Source: Muribaculaceae bacterium (GTDB lineage: Bacteria; Bacteroidota; Bacteroidia; Bacteroidales; Muribaculaceae). From it: DNA of 64,000 nt. The translations under genes and the position numbers were made by a program. Below are positions 17,529 through 28,465 of this stretch, piece by piece. The stretch's first letter is position 1; every line of letters begins with the position of its first letter. Below the pieces are notes generated by a model. It made no database searches. It was not told where the DNA came from and saw only the letters and a list, made by a program, of their open reading frames with translations. Location: positions 13,450 to 77,449 of the forward strand of contig JAFYYU010000007.1 of the NCBI GenBank assembly GCA_017557425.1, read 5' to 3'.

Positions 17529-18999
17529 GTCGCCCCTCAAAAAGTTATAACTATTTGATTATTAACATATTATAACGATAATATCTTTGATATATCTGCC
17601 GGTTTTTGTTACTTTGCATCAAAAAACTGGCAGATTTTTATGATTAAGAAGAGAGTCAACCGCCCGTCGCTGTTTTATTCCCTGGCCGACATGCTCGACC
17701 AGCGTCATGAACTGTATCTCCTTGCCGACAAGATAGACTGGGGGCGTTTTGATGATGCATTCACGCCACTTTACAGCAAGGACATGGGCGCCCCGGCCAA
17801 AGACATCCGCCTGATGTGCGGCCTGCTGATCCTTAAACACGTGCGCAACCTTTCTGACGAGTCGGTTGTGGAGCAGTGGTCGGAGAACGCCTATTACCAG
17901 TACTTCTGCGGCATGGACATGTTCTCCCCCTGCCGCCCTTGTTCCTCGACGGAGCTGGTGGAGTTCCGCAAGCGCATCGGCGAGAGCGGTGTGGAACTAA
18001 TATTGGCCGAGAGTATCCGTGTCAACGACGACCATGACGATGATGACACCTTCAAGACGGGTATCATCGACTCCACGGTGCAGGAGAAAAACGTGACGTA
18101 TCCCACAGACGCCAAGCTGCTGAAAAAGGTCATTGAGAAGATCAAGAAGATCGTGGCAGCCGAGGGCCTTCCCATGCGCAGGAGCTACAAGCGCAAACTC
18201 AAGGCGGTCTACCGCGATCAGCGTTTCCGCAACCATCCCAAGAACCACAGGAAGGCCAAGAAGGCCGACCGCGAACTCAGGACGATAGCGGGCCGCCTGC
18301 TGCGTGAGCTTCAGCGCAACCTGAAAGGCAACCATGACTATGACGAGCAGATCAGCATCTTCACCAGGGTGCTCAACCAGAAGAAGCACGACAAGGACAA
18401 GGTCTACTCCATCCATGAGCCGGAGGTGCAGTGCATCAGCAAGGGCAAGGAGCACAAGAAATACGAGTTCGGCAACAAGGTCTCGGTGGTTCGCTCGCTG
18501 GGCGGCCTTATCCTAGGCGCCCTCTCGTTCCGCAACGAGTACGATGGGCATACGATTGGTCAGAGCCTTGATCAGGTGAAGCGTCTCACGGGCAGGACGC
18601 TGAAACGGCTGGCCGGAGACAGGGGCTACCGCGGCAAGAAACAGGTCGATGGCACGAGGATCCTAATCCCGGACATACCTAAAGCCACGGACTCCTACTA
18701 CAAGAAACGGAAGAAGCACGACCTGTTCTGCAAGCGGGCAGGAATAGAACCGACCATCGGACACCTCAAGTCAGACTTCAGACTCGGGCGCAACTTCTAT
18801 AAAGGTGTGTTCGGGGACAACATCAATATCATGCTTGCAGCAGCGGCATACAACTTCAAAAGAGCCATGAGGCTTCTTTTGCACCTCATCCAAGCCATCG
18901 AATTTTGCATGGAGAATCTGATTTTACCCGTCGCCACACAGGCCGTTTGACCATGCCTGCTTTATAACAATGGCGAAAAGTGACTTTTTGAGGAACGAC
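17529..18999 (+). mobile_element. IS5-family insertion sequence
   Basis: Terminal IRs GTCGCCCCTCAAAAAGTTA and (revcomp) GTCGTTCCTCAAAAAGTCA match at 16/19. TA on both outer sides. GC-rich relative to its neighbours. Confidence 0.85.
17640..18950 (+). CDS. IS5-family DDE transposase
   Basis: LSDE..W.EN.YYQYFCG, IDSTVQEK, KYEFGNK, DRGYRG, RAGIEPTIGHLK. Confidence 0.92.
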   Translation: MIKKRVNRPSLFYSLADMLDQRHELYLLADKIDWGRFDDAFTPLYSKDMGAPAKDIRLMCGLLILKHVRNLSDESVVEQWSENAYYQYFCGMDMFSPCRPCSSTELVEFRKRIGESGVELILAESIRVNDDHDDDDTFKTGIIDSTVQEKNVTYPTDAKLLKKVIEKIKKIVAAEGLPMRRSYKRKLKAVYRDQRFRNHPKNHRKAKKADRELRTIAGRLLRELQRNLKGNHDYDEQISIFTRVLNQKKHDKDKVYSIHEPEVQCISKGKEHKKYEFGNKVSVVRSLGGLILGALSFRNEYDGHTIGQSLDQVKRLTGRTLKRLAGDRGYRGKKQVDGTRILIPDIPKATDSYYKKRKKHDLFCKRAGIEPTIGHLKSDFRLGRNFYKGVFGDNINIMLAAAAYNFKRAMRLLLHLIQAIEFCMENLILPVATQAV

Positions 19000-19275
19000 T
19001 ATCTAATTATTGTTTATGATTCATTCAAATATTATAAATAATGCGCCTTAATATTATTGTCAAGAACACCATAAAGCATTTATGATTGTTTTTAACGTTT
19101 GTCGACCACATACGACTGCATTCACATCACCAAAAGAGTTCGCTGTTGACAGTCCTAAATGATCTTGCAGACAAACGTCAGATCACCTTTCGAGTGAATA
19201 CTTCTTGTATCGTCATACTAATATAAAGTCACTACGTTTCTATCGACACCAGTATCTCTCATGCAGTATTTCAGA

Positions 19276-21093
19276 CTACTTTAGACACTCTATTATTTTT
19301 ATAGTGAGGCCCTTTAATAGTTTATATTTAGTAGAAAAAGAAGATTTTGATGGATTGAACTCCTCGGATAATTGTTTTTTAAAAGAATCCATATTCCAAT
19401 TGCTATACTTCTTTTTATTCTTCAAAATAGTGACAATTTGCTTAATGACTGGTTTATCTTCTAATAATGTTATTCCTGAAAGTTCTTCATTGAATGTTGA
19501 TTTATAATACTTAATGAATTGCGATTCAACATATTTCACCCCCAAGGTATCCTCTATTGTTCCTTGGTTAATAATCCCACCTTCTAAATCACGGATGGTG
19601 AAAACAGTATCATCGTTAAATGCGCCACCTATTTTCAATATATTTTCCTTATATTTTCGTCCATCTTTGTCATCATCTGTTACAACTAATACCGATATAC
19701 CATCAAAATTCATTTTCGATGCTAAGGTATCAATGTTTGAACCATGACCATTAGTAATTCCAATATCTTCACGTTCTAAAAGTTTGAATGCTTTTTGAAG
19801 AATAATCTTATCTGATGCTCCCTCTACCAAGACACTATGCGGATTTAACAAATCCTGATATACATTAATTCCAAAAGCCTCATTTAAAACTTCATCATCA
19901 ATAAGACTGTCACTTTCTTTTATTCTAGTAAGTTCTGTTATTGCTCTTAGATTCTTTTTTACGATAAAGTGCCTTTCTTTATGATTTTTATCAATCATAA
20001 AGGGGGAATGTGTTGCTAAAAACACATAATTATTTTCACCTATTTTTAGTAATTCACGTGATAAGTCTCTTATACCAGATGGATGGAGATGCACTTCTGG
20101 CTCATCAATCAGGATCAACTCGTTTTTTCTCTCATGATTTGTTGTTTCTATTGACAAAGATAGTATTAAAGACAAAAACTGTTTGGCACCTTGGCTACGC
20201 TCGGTTATAGAAAATCTATCATGTCTATTCTCATCGCCTTTGTCCTTTATGAGCAAAGAAAAACTACCCGTTTCGGTAATCTCTATAATCAAATCAATAC
20301 TATTCTTCCAAACTTTGCCGATATATTCATTCAACGAGTCGTTTAATTTGCTTATCAATTGACTTCTATTTCGAGCATTTGTTACTTTATCTATTGCTTC
20401 AATTATAGCATTTTTATCCTTATATCCACTTAATTTAAAGATATTATAAAGCGGTTTATTTGAATTAGGCTTATCTCTAAAGGTAATCAAGTTAGCATTA
20501 TATAACAAGTATTCATTTAATGGTTTCCATACAGATACAACCGGTTCATTTTCTTTTAAAAAATTGGAAATGATATCATAGAAGTAATCGTCAAAGTTAT
20601 TTTCGTTTAATAATACATAGTCATCGGTTTTGTGCGACTCATCTTCAATGGATATTATTTCTTTATCAGACTTTATGTACAAATTTGAGTTGTGTAGCTG
20701 AATATCATAGTTATATTCGAAATCAAATGTGGAAAAGTCTTTAGATAAAAATACGTTTTTTATGATATTTGAAATGGAGAATTCGATGTTGTATTCAGTA
20801 GAAACGCCTTTGTTGACACTTTTTTGCAAGGCTTCACTTTCTCCTTCTTCAAATCCTAAATAGAAGTAAATATCACAACTTTCACTATCCTCCATCTTCT
20901 GATTGCAATAAAGATCAAAGGAAACTTTATCCTCTGGAACATCAAAAAAAGATAAAGCTTCAAGAATATTACTTTTCCCAGACTCATTTATGCCTACAAA
21001 TATTTTTGTATAGCTATTGCCTACTTTATCGAAAGGGATTTCTATCTTACTGATAGACTTGAAGTTTTCAATATTTACTTTCTTAATAATCAT
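19276..21093 (-). CDS. OLD-family ATP-dependent nuclease (ABC ATPase + TOPRIM)
   Basis: IENFKSI, GINESGKS, RSQG, LIDEPEVHLHP, ATHSP, then TOPRIM LVEGASD and DDD. Confidence 0.85.
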   Translation of the reverse strand: MIIKKVNIENFKSISKIEIPFDKVGNSYTKIFVGINESGKSNILEALSFFDVPEDKVSFDLYCNQKMEDSESCDIYFYLGFEEGESEALQKSVNKGVSTEYNIEFSISNIIKNVFLSKDFSTFDFEYNYDIQLHNSNLYIKSDKEIISIEDESHKTDDYVLLNENNFDDYFYDIISNFLKENEPVVSVWKPLNEYLLYNANLITFRDKPNSNKPLYNIFKLSGYKDKNAIIEAIDKVTNARNRSQLISKLNDSLNEYIGKVWKNSIDLIIEITETGSFSLLIKDKGDENRHDRFSITERSQGAKQFLSLILSLSIETTNHERKNELILIDEPEVHLHPSGIRDLSRELLKIGENNYVFLATHSPFMIDKNHKERHFIVKKNLRAITELTRIKESDSLIDDEVLNEAFGINVYQDLLNPHSVLVEGASDKIILQKAFKLLEREDIGITNGHGSNIDTLASKMNFDGISVLVVTDDDKDGRKYKENILKIGGAFNDDTVFTIRDLEGGIINQGTIEDTLGVKYVESQFIKYYKSTFNEELSGITLLEDKPVIKQIVTILKNKKKYSNWNMDSFKKQLSEEFNPSKSSFSTKYKLLKGLTIKIIECLK

Positions 21094-21143
21094 ATTCTAT
21101 CTAATTTTTGATTCGTTGTATTATTTAGTTAACTTATATTTAT

Positions 21144-22577
21144 TTATACCACCCAGACTTCTGGCATTTTTGCCTTAAATTCTGAGTCAATGTAGTGGCA
21201 TTGTTCCTTCACGATACCTCGGCGATGGAGGGCTGGTTGCAGACAATAGAGGTCAAAGGCATCTTTATCAACATCTTCTTCATTCTCCCATTGTGGAAAT
21301 AGCAATTTCATGTATGCTGTTGCCATACGCTTGATTGCCTTTGAATCTCTCACATCGGCCTTTTCTTCAAATCTAGTGATTTTGTCAAACAGCAAACCAT
21401 ATGTGTTTTGTATTCTCATTGAATGTAAAACCTCTGAAAAGTATTCCACATTGATAGTCCATCCTTTAAATATCATGCTATCATTGACTCTCGGTAATAG
21501 CCATCCCTCAATGAAGCAATGGAATCGGTCGAGTAATGCTGACTCTCGGAAATTCTGCGGAAGAGAGTCGAAATACCTTGGTGATATGGGCACATTGGAT
21601 GCAGTTAATGGAATATTGCCCATAAGCATCAGGCCACATTCAGACGTAAACTCATTATTGTCGATGGTTGTCTTACCACTCTCCAAATATGATTTCAATG
21701 CAGCCTGAATTTCAGCAGGCTCTTGAAATACAATGGTCTGTATTTCATCAAATACTGTAAAGTCGTGATTCTTTATTATGCCATTCTGTTGTTTAGTCTT
21801 GTCATAGAACAGCTTTGCACGGGTAACCTTTCCTCCACTAACCAACCATCCATATTTTGACAGGTTCCCAAAAACATACGACTTGCCGGTTCCCTTGGGT
21901 GCTAGTTCCACAACATTTAATCTCGGCTCAATAAATATCAGTAAACGTGTAAGGAACTCCATTTTTTGTGTCATTGACACAAACCCATCTGGATCATACT
22001 CCATTGCTGACAGCAAGGTGTCTATCCATTCTTCTGTTGTGAAGTTTTTGCGTGCTTCTCGCAGGAAGTTGATGTCAACTGTCTTATACGGTTTGAATGG
22101 ATTATACTCAACCATCTGCACATGATTCTTTTTGCCATTATCATCAGGCAGAAGACAAAGTTTTACAATGCCCCATTTCTCACCGTCCACCAGTTCTCCG
22201 GCATGCTTTTTATATACATATTCAGGAATTAGTCCTTCACGGAGTTTAATGCCGTAATCGGGAATGGCGAACTGTTTCTCGCCTTTCACCAAGTCGATAT
22301 AAATGATGAAGCGAGTAAGAAGCACCACTTCTTCGCCTGACAATACTTTTTCTTTTACCATCTCCCCCTTTGCAGGTATTACCTTGTCGAGGAAAGCACT
22401 CAGTCCCATTGCGTCTATGCTTCCTGTTTCAAGGTTCAGAAAACGTTTCAATAAATAGTCTTTGACAAAAGATGGTAAGTTTCGTCCTACAAAAAGACTG
22501 TTTGTTGCTTTAGGATCTTTATAAATAGACATATCCTTGAAGTATGTCCGTATCTTCTGCTGCAGTTCTTCTTTCAT
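21144..22577 (-). CDS. brxL: BREX BrxL-like AAA+ (MCM-like) protein without a Lon protease domain
   Basis: FTTEEWIDTLL, ELAPKGTGKS, VFDEIQ, ALLDRFH; directly downstream of pglZ. Confidence 0.85.
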   Translation of the reverse strand: MKEELQQKIRTYFKDMSIYKDPKATNSLFVGRNLPSFVKDYLLKRFLNLETGSIDAMGLSAFLDKVIPAKGEMVKEKVLSGEEVVLLTRFIIYIDLVKGEKQFAIPDYGIKLREGLIPEYVYKKHAGELVDGEKWGIVKLCLLPDDNGKKNHVQMVEYNPFKPYKTVDINFLREARKNFTTEEWIDTLLSAMEYDPDGFVSMTQKMEFLTRLLIFIEPRLNVVELAPKGTGKSYVFGNLSKYGWLVSGGKVTRAKLFYDKTKQQNGIIKNHDFTVFDEIQTIVFQEPAEIQAALKSYLESGKTTIDNNEFTSECGLMLMGNIPLTASNVPISPRYFDSLPQNFRESALLDRFHCFIEGWLLPRVNDSMIFKGWTINVEYFSEVLHSMRIQNTYGLLFDKITRFEEKADVRDSKAIKRMATAYMKLLFPQWENEEDVDKDAFDLYCLQPALHRRGIVKEQCHYIDSEFKAKMPEVWVV

Positions 22578-22588
22578 TGCTTCTTCTT

Positions 22589-25009
22589 TTAAAAATCAAA
22601 CAAGTCATTCATAGTTGTCCCTGTATTCACGGATATTCTATACGGACGGATGAGACTACCTACGCTGATACTGAAAGTATCATCCTCGCTGTTTAGCGAG
22701 AGAGTCTCGGAGATATAATCATCCATACCGATTGAGGTAAGAGAATATTGTTTACCATCATATAACAAATAAGGTGTATCACTACTATTCAGACCTGAGA
22801 TATGGAATTTGACGACAGGGTTTGCACTCGACACCTCATCCGTCAACGGATATGCCTTCCAACTGATTTCACTTGGACTTCCTGACACGATAAAGATTGG
22901 CACCAAAACCTCTTCTGGTGTACAACCGCCATGAATACCTTGTCCTCGAGGAACTTTACCACAAAGAGATTTATGACTCAGTGAGCATAGCGTATTCCCA
23001 TCTTCAAGAACAATATAATTCTTGTCCATCGTTATACCTCCACTCTTCTTAATAGCAACCCGCCCATAATGATCGCCCTCCACTCCACTCATATTCAATC
23101 CTCCACATAATTGTGAAAGATATGTGAGGCCGTGGTCACTCACAATGGCGACTTTCTTCCCTGCGTATTTGCAGATAATCTTGTTGATGGCGGTCTTCAC
23201 CATCTCAATTTCTTCAACCAATATCTGTGGATACACGTTTGTTGAACGATGGGCTAGACTGTCGAGGTCACCTATCTTCATGCCTTGTATATCAATATCT
23301 GAAAGTTTCTGAAGTTCTACCTTGTTAACAGTTGTTGTGGTTGGCAACAATGCACGTGCAATCATCACATCGTTCAGGTAGATGTTTTCATGCTCACGCT
23401 CCCTCAGTAATTCCGAAACCAAAGGAATCCAATCTATACCTAAGCCGTCAATCCAGAAGAAAACTTCTATGTCAGAGCGGCTACTCAGTAATGTTCTCGT
23501 AGTCTTGAACGACTGATACCACGTATCAAAAGCCACGCTATCAGCATTCTTCTCATTTATATGGTTTTCTATTTCACTAGTATATTTGTTCGAAATTTTT
23601 GCCTGTTTGTATTCTTGGAAATAATCATCAAGCCAAGCCTTACCACCAGATATGCTTGTAAGCCCTGGCTGAAAATAAAGAGCCAATTCCGGAAAGAATG
23701 GTCGGATGTCCCTTGTTGTCACAAGTTTCTTACCTAACCACACTAATGCTATCTCTTTTTCTTTTGCAGTAAGTCTAGTGAAGTATTGTAGAGCTTGTTT
23801 ATAGCCCATCTTTTGAGGAATTGATTCTAACCTTCGTCCAATCAGACTCACTACTTCCTCTGTAAGGATCACATTATTGTCTGCCGCTACATTTAATATC
23901 TGTCGTCGTTCAACCACCTCTGCTGATATAGTCGACATGTCAAGGGCAACTTCATTAAACAGAGCGCGGTTACTGTAGTCAGCCATTTTTTTAATGCAAC
24001 GACACAAAAATTCGTCTGAATTGTGTGTCGAATAATAGAACAACGATAACAGCCATCTGTCAAAAGAAACACTATGAGCAAACCATATTTTTAAGAACGT
24101 CATGCTGTCTTCTATTGCTGCCACTCCAAAATAATGCTGCACAAATTCACTGAAGACAAAAGGGCGACTCACATCAATTTGCTGAGCCAATAGTCGCCAC
24201 TTATCTTCTTCTGTCTCCTTATAGATGATATTCTCAAAATAGAGTCCCAAGCCTTTCGTCAAAAACTCATATACGTTTTGTGGTACAAAGTATGTAAAAG
24301 CGTTGTCTGGATTAGCATTAACAGAATCCGTATAGATCGTCCTTGATGTCGTTATGATGGTGTGTTTATTTTGAGCATCATTATCCTTCCAGATATTCAG
24401 CCATTCAAAAAGGCTATGTACAACATTATATTCATTGGCCAAGCCCTTAACTCCGTAGCACTCCGTATCACTCATGATAACGACCCGATAGCCATTACTA
24501 TCGGAGTCTTTCAAATGCCATATTGTTATTTGGCTCTCGTTTCTGAATGACTGCATCTTTTCCTCCAATCCTACAATAGGAATATAGATGCGCTGATGCA
24601 CATCCTGACCTTCATTACTTCCCTCAATTCCCTTTAGCGATTTTATAAGGGCATCAAATGTCTTATCCCTTGTATTGTCATAAAAGCGGGCCAATTCTGA
24701 GAATGGTGCAACCAATCCGTCAGCGGATCCGATCCTCTTCACATAGTCTTCAATGGCTTCTCCAAGCTCCTGGTAGGTCATCATCAAGTCAGGATAACGT
24801 GTGTCCATCCATTTGTCAACGCTCTCAACATGAACTTGCCTTTCAGTCTGTAACCATTCTATGAGTTTGAAGCAAGCATCAAAACTGTCAGTTAGTATAA
24901 AGCGAAGAGGGAAACGATTTAAATTAGACGCCCCTACTTCAGTAGAAACATTCTTATCGGCAATTATCTCTTGCTTCAGTTCTTCAAGTGTCAGAATATC
25001 CTTATACAT
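22589..25009 (-). CDS. pglZ: BREX PglZ alkaline-phosphatase-fold protein (type 4-like)
   Basis: FFWIDGLG, LPTTT, DSLAH, VSDHG, HGGCTPEEVLVP. Confidence 0.88.
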   Translation of the reverse strand: MYKDILTLEELKQEIIADKNVSTEVGASNLNRFPLRFILTDSFDACFKLIEWLQTERQVHVESVDKWMDTRYPDLMMTYQELGEAIEDYVKRIGSADGLVAPFSELARFYDNTRDKTFDALIKSLKGIEGSNEGQDVHQRIYIPIVGLEEKMQSFRNESQITIWHLKDSDSNGYRVVIMSDTECYGVKGLANEYNVVHSLFEWLNIWKDNDAQNKHTIITTSRTIYTDSVNANPDNAFTYFVPQNVYEFLTKGLGLYFENIIYKETEEDKWRLLAQQIDVSRPFVFSEFVQHYFGVAAIEDSMTFLKIWFAHSVSFDRWLLSLFYYSTHNSDEFLCRCIKKMADYSNRALFNEVALDMSTISAEVVERRQILNVAADNNVILTEEVVSLIGRRLESIPQKMGYKQALQYFTRLTAKEKEIALVWLGKKLVTTRDIRPFFPELALYFQPGLTSISGGKAWLDDYFQEYKQAKISNKYTSEIENHINEKNADSVAFDTWYQSFKTTRTLLSSRSDIEVFFWIDGLGIDWIPLVSELLREREHENIYLNDVMIARALLPTTTTVNKVELQKLSDIDIQGMKIGDLDSLAHRSTNVYPQILVEEIEMVKTAINKIICKYAGKKVAIVSDHGLTYLSQLCGGLNMSGVEGDHYGRVAIKKSGGITMDKNYIVLEDGNTLCSLSHKSLCGKVPRGQGIHGGCTPEEVLVPIFIVSGSPSEISWKAYPLTDEVSSANPVVKFHISGLNSSDTPYLLYDGKQYSLTSIGMDDYISETLSLNSEDDTFSISVGSLIRPYRISVNTGTTMNDLFDF

Positions 25010-28000
25010 ACTTTATGATGATGTCAAGTGTTCTTACATCAGCGTTTTCGCATAAATCTGTCAGTAGTTCCTTCAAGATATCGCTTGAGGCCATTACTAA
25101 TACACGTTTTGCTCTCTGACGTTTTTCTTGAATCTGGGATTCATCTTGTGGAGAGGTATGTTCTGTGTTTGTACCGCTGTCAGGCTCAGTCAAAACGAGT
25201 GTTTTGCCTTGTTCCTGCCCTCTGAGTTGTTCACGCTCTCGTTCCAATTCTTCTATTCGACGTTTTTGTTGTTCCTCTCGCATCGTGCGCAAAGAGTCCT
25301 CTACCTGATCTTCAGACCAAAGGCTATTTGTTCCTGCTAGATGTTCCTTTAAATACGTATAGGCACCATCTACTTCTTCGGTTTTTAAGGTTATGCGATC
25401 TAAGGATAGAAGATAAGCCGAAAAACCCTTTCTAAAACTATCGGCTTGCGGCAATAATAGATTTCCTAAATCAGTTCTTCTCTGTGATAGTCCTAACACG
25501 GCGGATGCCATCAACTGAGGTTTTTTAACGCTATCGGCCTCATTAACAACTTCCACGATATCGTTAATAACTCTTTTCAGATCTTCGTCATCAGTAGCAT
25601 ATTTTAATGACCACAATGGATAGCCAACAGACTGAACATATTCATGTTGCATAGTCCACCGCGCATCTTTCAAACTGCTGATTTCAATGTCGCCCTTTAG
25701 CTTTTTAAGACCAAATACGCTAACTAACAGCTTACTCAATTGTCCTGCTTCACGACTTTCGAGTTCAAATTCTAATTTGGAGGACACTTTGTCTTTTGAC
25801 CAAGCGTCAAACAGCTCCACCACATCATCAACAAGATGCCCTGCAGAACGTGGTTTACCATTTAGATATATTTTATCAATATAAGGACGAAGGGCAAATG
25901 CCACCATTGCCATTGGTGCAATAGTCTTGAATAAGCCATATGGAGGTTCTGTAAGACCTTTCAATTTCTCACCTAGATTGAATGACTGATTTTTATTTGT
26001 ATGAGCAAAAGCCGTTTTTACGTACTCAGCAACTAACCATAGTGGATGTCTCTTATCACAATCCATTTTCCAGTTCAAGTGTTCGTCCACACTGTCTTGA
26101 AGCAATAGCTCAACGTGTTTATATTGAGCATTGAGTTTTGCAAGAATTTCTGATCTGGAGTTATAGTTTAATATTGCTTGTACTGCAGTCTTTGCCGATT
26201 GTTCCTTCCAGTATGTTGTTGACTTCTTTTCCAGGATTGAGGGTAAGGACTCTGGACCGCTAGTAAAAATAGAAGGCAACACCTCCATATTGAATGTACT
26301 TGTGATCCTATTACCATTTGCAGCCAATCGCTTTCCGTTAACATAGAAAGAGACATTACCGCTTCTAATACGCATAAACCATTCTGCGATAATCTCTGTA
26401 GAGTTTTTTGTATAGGTTTGTGTTTGGTTTACCAACGAGTGGCGTTGGGCACATGTTGCATTCGCTTGATATTCAATAAAGCGCTCATAATTTTTTTCTC
26501 CCAAAGCCGTATCTAAAACCACGAAGCATACTGTTTTAAACCGTTCATCGGTTGTATTCTTTGCTGCAATTGTTTTGAGTTCGGCTAATTCTTGCTCAGT
26601 CTTGCCAACAAGATAAGCTACACACAATTGATGACCTGGTGTATGTCGTCTCAAGCTTTCCACTTTATTTAACAAAGTGTATTCATTAGATGATAATGAC
26701 AAGAAATCACAATTAACTGGTCTGAAAACTTGTGAAGCAAACGAATTCATTAAAACAAAGCCTGTTTTGTTGAATTTCGCTACTTGCTCTGCACTCTGAT
26801 AAGTGGATGTGCGTAAATCGTCTTTAATCTTCAGTATCTCGTCTGGTGGCAGTGCAGTAAACAATATGGAGTAATTGCCGTTTGGTTGGCGTTGGATTAT
26901 GCTCTTTTCATTGAACCAATCCAGTATCTCAATGAGTCTGTCATATATCGGTGTCCCTTCAAACAATAGAGCGATATTCTCTTGTGATGGAGTTACCGTA
27001 TCATCATTAGCTCGGTTGTTCAACGCATTGAGCAGCAGTATTCCCTTGAATACAGCCACTGTATCCTTACCTTCTTCATCAACGGCAAGATGGTGGCTAT
27101 TGTATCGTTCTGTCACTGCCCCATATTCCTGAGTGCGTTCTTCAAAGAATGATTGAACGTAATCCCACAGATAATCAGCAGTAATAACTTTACCTTCAGA
27201 ATACGCTTCTTCGCTATCAAAGAAAGCTTTTACGCCATCACTTGCCAAAAAGTCGAATACCGAGCGGCTGCTGGAACCTGCCACTATGGCAAAATATGTT
27301 GCTAAATTCGCTGTAGCAGGATGTAAAGGAAATAAGTTTGAAAGATCTCTATATGTTTGCTCTGGATCTGAACTTGAGGTGGTGAATTTTTCTATAAGTT
27401 CTCTGTGTTTATCGCAAAAATCATCCTGTCTCATATTATATAATCCATAATGCAGTATCTTGAATTTTTTGGACATAATGCGGTAGGCAGAGACAGGCGC
27501 CATATTATACACAAAATAGTTATATCTCCCCATTGTTTTGTTCATTGCCTCGTTATCAAGTTTAGAAAACACTGAGGGGTGAGAAATAAATAAGAAGTAG
27601 CTGTCATTTTCCACCTTATTTAGAGTTTCTTCTACTTCTTGAAGCAGTGTGAAGATGCGAAGTGCCAATTCCGAAGTGCCAATCTCAGTAAACTCATCCC
27701 AGATAAGCAGCAGCCCAGTATAACCAAGATCTTTTGCCCTAAGTTCATTTTGCACCTCTTCTAACCACTGTGGTAGTACATTATTCTGCAAATTGATAGA
27801 GTAACCGCCTGCATTGAGCGCCTCATTGACACGGCTGAATACTTCAGTATCGCATTCGTTCAGTCTTTTCCTTAATCTTTCTATGCCTGGTGCAACGCTT
27901 TTTAATAGTTCATTCTGCGAAATTAGCATCTCCCAAAAGCTTGGTTGGCTTTCAATGTGACTCACATAACTCTGGAAGTCGGTGGGAACTGTGATTTCGA

Positions 28001-28448
28001 TTTCTTCACGAAGCAAGGCATTCTTCACTTCCTTTTGGATTTGTAGTGATAAGTCTGCCTCACGTGAAATATATTGCTGCCCGTAAAGGTTTACAGGGAA
28101 CAACCGCTTGTTGCGCCTTAATTCTAAGACACTGTTTTTCAACATGGCATATTTCTCTTCACGATATTCATCATTGACAAACTCCTCTACGTTTTCTATT
28201 GGGTCGCAAAGCAGATGTTTCAAGACGGAACCTGCATGACTTTTGCCAGATCCATATGTTCCTGAAATCCATATAGAACGATGCTTGTCTTGGTCATTAT
28301 TGCGCACAGCTGCCACGGTTTGTCTCAGCAGGTTGTTAAATAGATCGTTTGCTATAAATGTTTTCCAATCATCAGGTGCTTCTGCCTTAATGTTATATGC
28401 CGGACGCATTTGTCGGAGCGTCACAATATCATTGTATTTTGTTGCCAT
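25002..28448 (-). CDS. brxC: BREX BrxC-like P-loop ATPase
   Basis: Walker A GTYGSGKSH, Walker B LLIWDEF, FPLHP; lies between the PAPS reductase and pglZ. Confidence 0.8.
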   Translation of the reverse strand: MATKYNDIVTLRQMRPAYNIKAEAPDDWKTFIANDLFNNLLRQTVAAVRNNDQDKHRSIWISGTYGSGKSHAGSVLKHLLCDPIENVEEFVNDEYREEKYAMLKNSVLELRRNKRLFPVNLYGQQYISREADLSLQIQKEVKNALLREEIEITVPTDFQSYVSHIESQPSFWEMLISQNELLKSVAPGIERLRKRLNECDTEVFSRVNEALNAGGYSINLQNNVLPQWLEEVQNELRAKDLGYTGLLLIWDEFTEIGTSELALRIFTLLQEVEETLNKVENDSYFLFISHPSVFSKLDNEAMNKTMGRYNYFVYNMAPVSAYRIMSKKFKILHYGLYNMRQDDFCDKHRELIEKFTTSSSDPEQTYRDLSNLFPLHPATANLATYFAIVAGSSSRSVFDFLASDGVKAFFDSEEAYSEGKVITADYLWDYVQSFFEERTQEYGAVTERYNSHHLAVDEEGKDTVAVFKGILLLNALNNRANDDTVTPSQENIALLFEGTPIYDRLIEILDWFNEKSIIQRQPNGNYSILFTALPPDEILKIKDDLRTSTYQSAEQVAKFNKTGFVLMNSFASQVFRPVNCDFLSLSSNEYTLLNKVESLRRHTPGHQLCVAYLVGKTEQELAELKTIAAKNTTDERFKTVCFVVLDTALGEKNYERFIEYQANATCAQRHSLVNQTQTYTKNSTEIIAEWFMRIRSGNVSFYVNGKRLAANGNRITSTFNMEVLPSIFTSGPESLPSILEKKSTTYWKEQSAKTAVQAILNYNSRSEILAKLNAQYKHVELLLQDSVDEHLNWKMDCDKRHPLWLVAEYVKTAFAHTNKNQSFNLGEKLKGLTEPPYGLFKTIAPMAMVAFALRPYIDKIYLNGKPRSAGHLVDDVVELFDAWSKDKVSSKLEFELESREAGQLSKLLVSVFGLKKLKGDIEISSLKDARWTMQHEYVQSVGYPLWSLKYATDDEDLKRVINDIVEVVNEADSVKKPQLMASAVLGLSQRRTDLGNLLLPQADSFRKGFSAYLLSLDRITLKTEEVDGAYTYLKEHLAGTNSLWSEDQVEDSLRTMREEQQKRRIEELEREREQLRGQEQGKTLVLTEPDSGTNTEHTSPQDESQIQEKRQRAKRVLVMASSDILKELLTDLCENADVRTLDIIIKYV

Positions 28449-28465
28449 AGTATTGGTTTTGACGG

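Noticed and set aside
19041-19227. Stop-interrupted small ORF (MRLNIIV...*LFLTFVDHIRLH...)
   Set aside because: Short, interrupted and without recognisable homology.
19276-21093. Gabija or retron assignment for the OLD-like gene
   Set aside because: No UvrD helicase or reverse transcriptase nearby.
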